Shown here: one piece after another, positions 8,614 through 16,260 of the stretch
Numbering within the stretch: the first letter of the stretch is position 1
Layout: the number at the start of each line of letters is the position of its first letter
Assembly: GCA_947258715.1 (NCBI GenBank)
Contig: CAMYJH010000029.1
Coordinates: 1-61,707 of the forward strand
DNA length: 61,707 bases
Direction of reading: 5' to 3'
From: an uncultured Gammaproteobacteria bacterium
GTDB lineage: Bacteria; Pseudomonadota; Gammaproteobacteria; HK1
The notes under the pieces: generated by a model
What the model saw: only the letters and a program-made list of their open reading frames with translations
Databases searched by the model: none
What the model was told of the DNA's origin: nothing
Translations under genes and position numbers: made by a program

Positions 8614-10242
8614 TCATGCGGGCTCCGGAATCATCTCAATGGCGCCGCACGGACACTGCTCGAAACACACGGCGCATCCGGTGCATTTCTGGTAATCGAA
8701 GCGATATCGCTTGCCGGCGCCAAGCTTGATCACCGCGTTATCGGGGCAGGCGCCGAGGCAGGCATCGCACTCGAAACAGTTGCCGCAGGAAAGACAGCGG
8801 CGCGACTCGAATAGGGCCTCGTCTTCACCGAGTCCCTTGATCACCTCGTCAAAGCTGGTACGCCGAGCTTCGACGTCAATCTGCCTTTCGGCCTTTTTCA
8901 GCGCATCGGTGAAATACCAAACGTGCAGGCGGTCGTATTCCGCGAGCGGGTTCGGGGCTCGCTTTTCGTAACTGACTCCCTTCAGCCACGCGTTAATGTG
9001 GCGTGCGGCTTTTTTACCGTGTCCGACCGCGGTGGTGACGGTGCGTTCGGCGGGCACCATGTCACCGCCGGCAAAGATGCCGGGGCAACCAGTCATCATC
9101 TGAGCGTTGACATTTACGGTGCCGTCGGACTGAAACTCCACGCCCGGCACGCGGCGCAGAAAATCCGTATCGGTGCGTTGCCCGAGCGCCATGATGAGCG
9201 AATCCGCCTCCAGCGTTTCGACCTCTCCGGTGGGTACCGGTCGACCGTTTTCATTAATGCGCATGGCCTCGACTTTGAAAGTCGTGTGATCAATCTCCTT
9301 GATGGTGCGAAGCCAGTGGATCTTGACGCCCTCTTCGATGGCGCTTTCGGCTTCAAAGTCGTGTGCGGGCATGTGCGCCCTGTCACGGCGGTAGATAATG
9401 AGCGGCTCGTAGCCGAGACGCTTCACCGTGCGCGCGGTATCCATGGCCGTGTTTCCACCACCGTAAACCGCAACCCGGCGTCCCAGCTTCGGACGCTCGC
9501 CGCCTTCCACATCCCGCAAGAAGCTCAGGGCGTCGAGAATTTTGCCCGCGTCGCGGGCGGGAATGTCGGTGCGTTGACTCAGATGGGCTCCCACCGCGAC
9601 GAAGGCGGCGTCGAATCCGCCGGCCTCCTTTTCCGTCTGCAGGTCTTCTACCTTGTGCTCCAAAACGATGCGCACGCCTGCGTCCTCGATGCGCTGAACT
9701 TCTGAGTCGAGTATGTCTCGCGGCAGCCGGTACTTGGGAATGCCGAAGTGCATCATTCCGCCCGCCAGCGGGCCCGCGTCCCGGATCTCAACCTCATGCC
9801 CCAGTCGTGCGAGATGCCAGGCGCAGGAAAGTCCGCTTGGACCGGCGCCGACGATGAGAATTCGGTTTCCGCTTTGCGCGGCTGGTTTTGCCGAACTCCA
9901 CTTCTTGGCGATCGCCTGGTCTCCGAGGAAGCGCTCTACGGCATGTATCGCGACCGGCGAGTCGAGATGCATGCGGTTACAGAGATCTTCGCAGGGGTGA
10001 TAACAGACGCGCCCGTGGGTCGCCGGCAGCGGGTTGTCGTCCACGATTTGACGCCACGCATCCTCGAAGCGGTTCTGCTGCACCAGCGCGAGCCAGGCTT
10101 GAATATTCTCGCCGGCGGGACAGGCGTGGTTGCAGGGCGGCAGCAGGTCCACGTAACGCGGGCGCCGGCTGCGCTCGACGCCGGAGAAGCCGCCGTGGCG
10201 CAAATCCGGTGGCTGCGTCAGGTCGTGGTCGGGTCGACTCAT
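8614..10242 (-). CDS. GltD-like FAD/NAD(P)H oxidoreductase with C-terminal 2x[4Fe-4S] ferredoxin domain (NfnB/PreT-like)
   Basis: 542 aa. N-terminal Cys cluster (CNHACPAG...VCYHPCEDLC) and GAGPSGL Rossmann motif match the glutamate-synthase small-subunit family. The C-terminus carries CLSCGNCFECDACLGACP and CTGCAVCFEQCP. RBS AAGGGAGAA before ATG 10242. First gene of the operon with nifJ. Confidence 0.75.
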   Translation of the reverse strand: MSRPDHDLTQPPDLRHGGFSGVERSRRPRYVDLLPPCNHACPAGENIQAWLALVQQNRFEDAWRQIVDDNPLPATHGRVCYHPCEDLCNRMHLDSPVAIHAVERFLGDQAIAKKWSSAKPAAQSGNRILIVGAGPSGLSCAWHLARLGHEVEIRDAGPLAGGMMHFGIPKYRLPRDILDSEVQRIEDAGVRIVLEHKVEDLQTEKEAGGFDAAFVAVGAHLSQRTDIPARDAGKILDALSFLRDVEGGERPKLGRRVAVYGGGNTAMDTARTVKRLGYEPLIIYRRDRAHMPAHDFEAESAIEEGVKIHWLRTIKEIDHTTFKVEAMRINENGRPVPTGEVETLEADSLIMALGQRTDTDFLRRVPGVEFQSDGTVNVNAQMMTGCPGIFAGGDMVPAERTVTTAVGHGKKAARHINAWLKGVSYEKRAPNPLAEYDRLHVWYFTDALKKAERQIDVEARRTSFDEVIKGLGEDEALFESRRCLSCGNCFECDACLGACPDNAVIKLGAGKRYRFDYQKCTGCAVCFEQCPCGAIEMIPEPA

Positions 10243-10422
10243 GATTTCTCCCTTGGGGCACGCCCCCCGAATTCAGGAGCGAGCCTCGAGTTGGCGCAAG
10301 GGATATTGTCACCGGATCGGGGGGGACCTTAAAGTGACCGAGGTCAATGGAAGGGCGGGCAGAAATGAGGGCTCGGGGATGACTCATCCAGCTAACATTT
10401 CTTGGCTCAAAAGGCCTATCCT

Positions 10423-10436
10423 TTGACTTAGGTCAT
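10423..10436. promoter_or_regulatory. candidate CRP/FNR-family dyad TTGAC-N4-GTCAT in the divergent nifJ-operon / nfnAB promoter region
   Basis: TTGACTTAGGTCAT lies about 105 bp upstream of the nfnA-like start and 180 bp upstream of the gltD-like start. Near-identical to the motif at 18281-18294. Confidence 0.3.
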
Positions 10437-10539
10437 TGCCCGAGTGGCTGAGAAACGGGAGTGTTTTTCCCAACAGGCCCCGAGCGGGCGTGAAAAGGGT
10501 GGTTTTCGGTCGGCCAGGGCCGATCCAGATGGGATAGCA

Positions 10540-11406
10540 ATGTACGAAATCGTCGCCCGCGAAGATTTTTCCGACTCCACTTTCCTGCTGGAGGTGAAGT
10601 ACCCACTGCTTGCCAAGGCCGCAAGGCCCGGCCAGTTCGTGATCGTCATGTCAAACGCTGACGGCGAGCGAATTCCGCTGACTATCGCCGACTTCTCCCC
10701 CGAGCGGGGAACGGTCACCCTGGTGATACAGGCCGTGGGCAAGACGACCATGGAGATGCAACGACGCTGCATCGTGGGCAGCGCACTGTACGCAATGGTC
10801 GGTCCCATGGGTAAGCCGAGCGAAATCAGCAAGATGGGAAAGGTCGCTTGCGTAGGGGGAGGCCTCGGCGTGGCGCCGGTGTATCCCCAGGCCCGGGCAT
10901 TCAAGCAAAACGGCGCCTACGTGATCGGCATCGTCGGCTTTCGCAGCAGGGACCTGATCTTCTGGCAGCGGAAGTTCGAGGACGTTTGCGACGAGCTCAT
11001 TATCTGCACCGACGACGGTTCGGCGGGTATCAAGGGGCTGGTGACCGACGGGATCGCGATGGCTGTGGACAAGCATCCCGACATCGACGAGGTCATTGCC
11101 ATCGGGCCGCCGGTGATGATGAAGTTCTGCGCCGAGGCGACCCGCGCCCGCGATATAAAGACCACAGTCAGCTTGAACCCGATCATGGTGGACGGCACCG
11201 GCATGTGTGGTGGCTGTCGCGTGTCCGTCGGCGGCGAGATGCGTTTTTGCTGCGTGGACGGACCCGATTTTGACGGTCACCAGGTCGACTTCGATGAACT
11301 CATGCGCCGGCTGACGCGCTTTCGCGAGGACGAACGGGCCGCGCTGGAGCGCTGGCAGCGCAACCCGGGATGCCGCCTGGAACAAGAGCCGACCGCCAGC
11401 GAGTAA
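10540..11406 (+). CDS. nfnA: NfnA / PyrK-like FAD-[2Fe-2S] NAD(P)H oxidoreductase subunit (ferredoxin:NADP+ oxidoreductase alpha-like)
   Basis: MYEIVAREDFSDSTFLLEVKYPLL...; C-terminal [2Fe-2S] motif MCGGCRVSVGGEMRFCCVDGPDFDG typical of PyrK/NfnA/SudB. ATG 10540 is chosen over the GTG at 10444 by expected length (about 288 aa). Confidence 0.7.
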   Translation: MYEIVAREDFSDSTFLLEVKYPLLAKAARPGQFVIVMSNADGERIPLTIADFSPERGTVTLVIQAVGKTTMEMQRRCIVGSALYAMVGPMGKPSEISKMGKVACVGGGLGVAPVYPQARAFKQNGAYVIGIVGFRSRDLIFWQRKFEDVCDELIICTDDGSAGIKGLVTDGIAMAVDKHPDIDEVIAIGPPVMMKFCAEATRARDIKTTVSLNPIMVDGTGMCGGCRVSVGGEMRFCCVDGPDFDGHQVDFDELMRRLTRFREDERAALERWQRNPGCRLEQEPTASE

Positions 11407-11439
11407 CTTCGCCGCCGACGGGCGGGGCGGAGACTGGAA

Positions 11440-12939
11440 ATGGCAAAGAAGACGATCCGAAACATACCGCAGGAGCGCACCGCGATGCCGGTTCAGGAGC
11501 CGAAGGCGCGGGTGCGCAACTTTTCGGAGGTGGCTCTCGGTTACTCTCTGGCTGAGGCGCTCAACGAGGCGGAGCGCTGCATCATGTGCCCGCAGGAGCC
11601 GTGTGTGAAAGGCTGTCCCGTGGAGATCGACATACCCGGGTTCATTCAAAAGATTTGTGACCAGAATTTCCGTGGCGCTTACGACGTGATCACGGATACG
11701 AACCTGCTGCCGGCCATCTGCGGCCGGGTTTGTCCCCAGGAGTCACAGTGCGAGCAGGTATGCATCGTGGGTGACCATTTGGAACCCGTCGCCGTAGGCC
11801 GGCTGGAGCGATTCGTCGGCGACATGGCGGTTGCCGAGGGCTGGAGCAACGAACCGGACATCGAGCCGAACGGCCGCCGGGTGGCCATCGTCGGCGCGGG
11901 ACCTGCCGGCATCGCCTGCGCTGCGGATATGGCGAAGGCGGGCTGCGAAGTGGTTATCTACGAAGCCCTGCACCGTCCCGGCGGTGTGCTGAGCTACGGG
12001 ATCCCGGAGTTCCGTCTCCCCAACGAAATAGTCGACGATGAATTCGGCAAAGTCATCGAGCTGGGCGTCAAGGTGGAGTGCAACACCCTCGTGGGGCGGC
12101 TATTCACCATCGAGCAGCTTCGCGAAAAGATGGGATTCGACGCGGTGTTCATCGGGACCGGCGCCGGTTACCCCACGTTCATGGGCATACCGGGAGAGTC
12201 GCTGAACGGCGTGCTTTCGGCCAACGAGTTTCTCACCCGCTGCAACCTGATGCAGGCCGGGGAGTTTCCCTACAAGGACACGCCCCTGCACATGGGGCGC
12301 AAGGTTGCCGTCATCGGTTCCGGCAATACCGCCATGGATGCGATGCGCGTATCACTGCGCCTGGAGGCGGAGGAGGTACACTGCCTGTACCGCCGCAGCC
12401 GCGCCGAGAGCCCGGCGCGGGCGGAGGAGGTCGACCACGCCGAAGAGGAGGGTGTCATCTTCCACTGGCTGACGGCGCCGGTGGAGATCCTCGACGACGG
12501 CAACAACAACGTGCGGGCGCTGCGCTGCATTCGGATGGAATTGGGCGAGCCGGACGACTCCGGCCGAAGGCGTCCTGTCGCCATCGAAGGCAGCGAGTAC
12601 GAGTTCGAGGCCGACATGGTGATCTATGCCATCGGCACAAACGCCAACCCAATCATCGGTCAGACCTCCAATCTGGAGCTCAACAAGTGGGGCTATATCG
12701 AGGCCAACGAGCAGCAGCGAACCTCGATCGCAGGCGTATTCGCCGGAGGGGATATTGTCACCGGAGCGGCCACCGTAATCCTGGCCATGGGCGCCGGAAG
12801 ACGGGCCGCGCGCAGCATGAAGGCCTATCTCGGTATTCTCGACCCGGTGGAGATGGCTGTCTCGGACCCGGAGCGCCCCCGGATATTCGGCATCGACGCG
12901 CGACAGAGGAACTACCGCAGGGTGCGGGTTGCCGCTTGA
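11440..12939 (+). CDS. nfnB: NfnB / GltD-like NADPH oxidoreductase subunit with N-terminal 2x[4Fe-4S]
   Basis: 499 aa with CIMCPQEPCVKGCP and CGRVCPQESQCEQVC, then GAGPAGIACA and a second GSGNTAMD nucleotide-binding motif. Paired with the upstream NfnA-like gene (33-bp gap). Confidence 0.75.
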   Translation: MAKKTIRNIPQERTAMPVQEPKARVRNFSEVALGYSLAEALNEAERCIMCPQEPCVKGCPVEIDIPGFIQKICDQNFRGAYDVITDTNLLPAICGRVCPQESQCEQVCIVGDHLEPVAVGRLERFVGDMAVAEGWSNEPDIEPNGRRVAIVGAGPAGIACAADMAKAGCEVVIYEALHRPGGVLSYGIPEFRLPNEIVDDEFGKVIELGVKVECNTLVGRLFTIEQLREKMGFDAVFIGTGAGYPTFMGIPGESLNGVLSANEFLTRCNLMQAGEFPYKDTPLHMGRKVAVIGSGNTAMDAMRVSLRLEAEEVHCLYRRSRAESPARAEEVDHAEEEGVIFHWLTAPVEILDDGNNNVRALRCIRMELGEPDDSGRRRPVAIEGSEYEFEADMVIYAIGTNANPIIGQTSNLELNKWGYIEANEQQRTSIAGVFAGGDIVTGAATVILAMGAGRRAARSMKAYLGILDPVEMAVSDPERPRIFGIDARQRNYRRVRVAA

Positions 12940-12963
12940 GGCCGAGAGTCGCTGGCAGCGGTT

Positions 12964-15255
12964 TCAGTCGAAAGCTGCCGCCCGCTTCTTAAGCTCCTCC
13001 AGTCCCGGCTCGCTCGGGTCCAGCGGCTGGCCCGGGTGGATGATGCAGACCGGGCAGTTCTCGGCCGCTTCCACCAGTTCCCTGTAGGTCCCGGCGGTGA
13101 CGTCCTTGATGAAGGCCTGCTTCGCGTCGTTGTAACCGAACATCGCGGCGTTGCGATCGATGCAGTCGTCGCAGGTGGTGCAGAACTCGGTGTCGATGAA
13201 GGCCTGGTCGCTCGGTGTCGAGACTTCGGGTGCCGGTGCCTCTTCAATCTCTTCCGGCGCCTCCGCCTCGGCGGGTACCGGCTCCGCCATCGGTTCCTCG
13301 GCCTGAGCCGGGCGCGTTAGATCCAGCTCTTCGATGGCGCGCTGATGTTCTTCTTCGAGTCGTGCGCGCTGCTCCTCGAGCAGCCTAATGGCGTGAGAGT
13401 TCCGGACCCCGCCCAGCTCCTGGAGCCTTTTCCAGCTGGCCAGGCATTTGCGTGCAAACGGCACCAGGGCGCGTCGCACGACTACCCGATGCACGCGGTC
13501 TTCGGAATCTATCAGGTATACGAAAGGGACCTTATCGATGCTTCCTTGTCGCGAAAGGGTAAGATATTCAGCCATTGGCACCATGTTCGCGTGCCAACGG
13601 GACTGCGGCACGATGACGAAGTGCTGCCGGGACCGCGGCTCGAGCATCAAGAAATCAACGCAGGTAAAAACGAGATTCTCGCTGGCCTCCTGGCTATCCG
13701 CGGTTTCGTAGTCGTAGCAATGCTCGGGCCAATCACGATCCGGTTGAGGACTTCCTCGGAGGGAGTAACGGGATGCCAGGTCGTCACCGCGATCCGGGTC
13801 GTAAACGAAACTCGGAAAGGCGCGGGACTCGACCGCGCTGGCGCAATTCAGATAGTGGGGGACGCTAGCCGGTGGTACATCGGGTCCAGTGTAGATACAG
13901 AAAAGCGCCGGTCCTTCGCGGCCTAGACCAGCCACGATTTCCGCCGCAAGCTGTGGCAGATGCGAGGCAGCCGTTTGCATCACGAAAGCCTCTCCCATGG
14001 AGGTCGCCATGGCGGCAATCTGCTGCGTCCACTCGGTAGACGATCCGGGGGGCGCATTGGAAGAGGTACTCACGGAAAGCTGCTTTATTTCCAGAAGCAC
14101 TTTAACCGGCATATCCGATCCGAGAATTTCAATCAGGGTTGATTTTTCCGCATCGCTCAAGTTTTCGCCGTCCAGAAAGACCAGCAAGGGTGGTAGAGCC
14201 CGGTAGTCCTCGGAGGTGAGCTGCTCGGGGCCGAATGTCTTGAAAAAGGTATCGTGCCGTTCTTCGTGGTAACGGTTCTCGAGTTCGAGACTGGCCACCC
14301 TTATCGCCCGAAGCAGCTCGACTCTGCGTTTGAGCTCAGTGTCGAAAAGTTCGACGGCTTCGGCACAGCTGTGACACGTGCCTGCGCGTCGCCGGTCGCG
14401 CCTGCGTCGTTTGCCGTTACCGCCCGGCGATGGGAGAAGCGCGCGTTCCGATTTGAGCACCTTGCTCGCGACGCGCAGGCGCTTGAGGCGTTTCGCCGGC
14501 ATGGGGCGGGATTGACTCGCGCCCCGCAGGAGAGTGGAGAGGGCTTTGAAGTCGATGCCTCCGGCGTGTTCGCCTCCCATGGCAGCCTCGAGCGCCTCCG
14601 GCGACGTCGACTTGGGAGATCTCGCGCGCTCCGATTCCAGCACCTCGGACAGTCGGGCGATGAGTTCTTCGACCGCGACGCGTTCGCTTTCGGCCCGCTG
14701 CGCCTGGATCGGCCACCAGGCATGCTCGAATATCTGGCGTGCGCTGTGGGGCCCGCAGGAGATCAATCGCCCGTCATGCGCGAGATCGGCTTTGACAGAA
14801 TCGAGGCTGGCTCGAATCTGATCCGGGCGTTCACTCCGCGCAACGACCTGCTCCGTCGCCAAGGTCCAGAGCTCCGACAGGCGCTGCGCCCGCTTTCCCT
14901 TGGTAAGACGTTTGATTGACGCCTCCAGCCGGTAGACGTGTGCCCGCAGGGCCTCCGCTTCCGCGCCCGACACCGCCACTTGGTCCAGGATGCCGTCGAT
15001 GATACTGGCCAACGAGATGACGGGCGTATCGGCTCGGTCCTCTACCAGTAACACGGGAAAGTCGTGGCGGACCGATTCGAGATCCAGGTAGGCACCGAGA
15101 AGGGCCGGAACCAACTCAGGTTGTAGCTGCTTACCCTCGCGTTGCTTTTCTTCCGGTTCGGCCAGGTGAATGCGCAGGAGATCCGTCAAGCCCTCGTCGT
15201 GAAGGACTGCCGCAAGCGGGTCCAAACGGTCGCTGGTTGTACGACCCTGCAACAT
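12964..15255 (-). CDS. large (763 aa) uncharacterized protein with a C-terminal single-cluster ferredoxin domain, co-transcribed with korAB
   Basis: RBS AAGGA 6 nt before ATG 15255, 39 bp downstream of the korB stop. C-terminus FIDTEFCTTCDDCIDRNAAMFGYNDAKQAFIKDV...ENCPVCIIHP has the CxxCxxC...CP pattern of small single-[4Fe-4S] ferredoxins. I recognise no family in the N-terminal ~700 aa, which contain a basic KRRRRDRRR patch. Confidence 0.7.
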   Translation of the reverse strand: MLQGRTTSDRLDPLAAVLHDEGLTDLLRIHLAEPEEKQREGKQLQPELVPALLGAYLDLESVRHDFPVLLVEDRADTPVISLASIIDGILDQVAVSGAEAEALRAHVYRLEASIKRLTKGKRAQRLSELWTLATEQVVARSERPDQIRASLDSVKADLAHDGRLISCGPHSARQIFEHAWWPIQAQRAESERVAVEELIARLSEVLESERARSPKSTSPEALEAAMGGEHAGGIDFKALSTLLRGASQSRPMPAKRLKRLRVASKVLKSERALLPSPGGNGKRRRRDRRRAGTCHSCAEAVELFDTELKRRVELLRAIRVASLELENRYHEERHDTFFKTFGPEQLTSEDYRALPPLLVFLDGENLSDAEKSTLIEILGSDMPVKVLLEIKQLSVSTSSNAPPGSSTEWTQQIAAMATSMGEAFVMQTAASHLPQLAAEIVAGLGREGPALFCIYTGPDVPPASVPHYLNCASAVESRAFPSFVYDPDRGDDLASRYSLRGSPQPDRDWPEHCYDYETADSQEASENLVFTCVDFLMLEPRSRQHFVIVPQSRWHANMVPMAEYLTLSRQGSIDKVPFVYLIDSEDRVHRVVVRRALVPFARKCLASWKRLQELGGVRNSHAIRLLEEQRARLEEEHQRAIEELDLTRPAQAEEPMAEPVPAEAEAPEEIEEAPAPEVSTPSDQAFIDTEFCTTCDDCIDRNAAMFGYNDAKQAFIKDVTAGTYRELVEAAENCPVCIIHPGQPLDPSEPGLEELKKRAAAFD

Positions 15256-15293
15256 TACTCGTCCTTCAAAATCATGACTTAAGGCCTTCTAGC

Positions 15294-16260
15294 CTAGGAT
15301 TCCGGCAGCACCGTAAATCTGTCGAACTCCCGCTCCAGGGCAGCGATCTTGGCGCTCACCGGTAGATGCTTCTCACGCCGATGCAGGTCCTCGTAGCAGG
15401 GGACGGAGCCGTCGCGATAGAGGATGCCTACGGAAATTTTTTCCCCCACCTCCGCCAGCGCCCGAGCCCGTCCCAGGTCAGAAGGATCATGCTCCTCGCG
15501 ACTGGAGAAAGGACGCCTCATCGGGATGGATGCCGTTGGGGTGGGTCAACAACCGAATCCGCTCGGGGTTCTTGATGTACGGATCGAAGTGACCCGGCAG
15601 GTAGTGCGGGCACCTCTGCAGAACACTGACGAAGGACAGGCCTCGGTGGAGAAACGCCTGATGGATGATGTCGTACAAAATGGCGGGCAGCCAATCGACC
15701 GCCTGGGCCACGAAGGAAATGTTGGACATGCCGAGCGTCGCCGACAGCGCGTTCAGCGGCTCTAAGGGGGCGCCACGGGGTGACGTGTTGGTCCGCAGGC
15801 CCTTCGGCGAGGTGGGTGATACCTGGTTCTTGGTCAGGCCGTACACCCGATTGTCGTGCATGATCACCGTCATGTTCATGTTGTAGCGTACGGCGTGCAG
15901 CCAGTGTCCAGCACCGATGCTGCAGCAGTCGCCGTCACCGGTGTTGACGAACACGTGCAGGTCGGGCCGCTTGATCTTGATGCCTTCGGCCAGCGGCAGC
16001 GCGCGCCCGTGCAAACCGTGGAAGCCGTACGTGCCCATGTAGTGAGGCAGCCGGGAGGCGCAGCCGATCCCCGAGACGAATACGGTTCTCTCGGGCGGGA
16101 GCTGCTCCTCGGCGCAGAGTTTCTGCAGCGCAGTGAGAATGGCGTTGTCACCGCAGCCATGGCACCAGCGCGACACGGCCCCTTCATAGTCATGCAGGAT
16201 GTGCGCGTCTTCCTCCAGATCCGCCACGCTGGTTGGCAGTCTATCGATGAAATCAGACAT
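15294..16260 (-). pseudogene. korB: 2-oxoglutarate/2-oxoacid:ferredoxin oxidoreductase beta subunit (TPP-binding), apparently interrupted by a +1/-1 frameshift near 15490-15520
   Basis: ORF 15487-16260 (...GDGDCCSIGAGHWLHA...TKNQVSPTSPKG...) matches KorB up to ...HPNGIHPDEA. The C-terminal ...REEHDPSDLGRARALAEVGEKISVGILYR... continues in another frame (ORF 15294-15521). The two ORFs overlap across an approximately 22-nt stretch GCGTCCTTTCTCCAGTCGCGAG. Confidence 0.6.
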
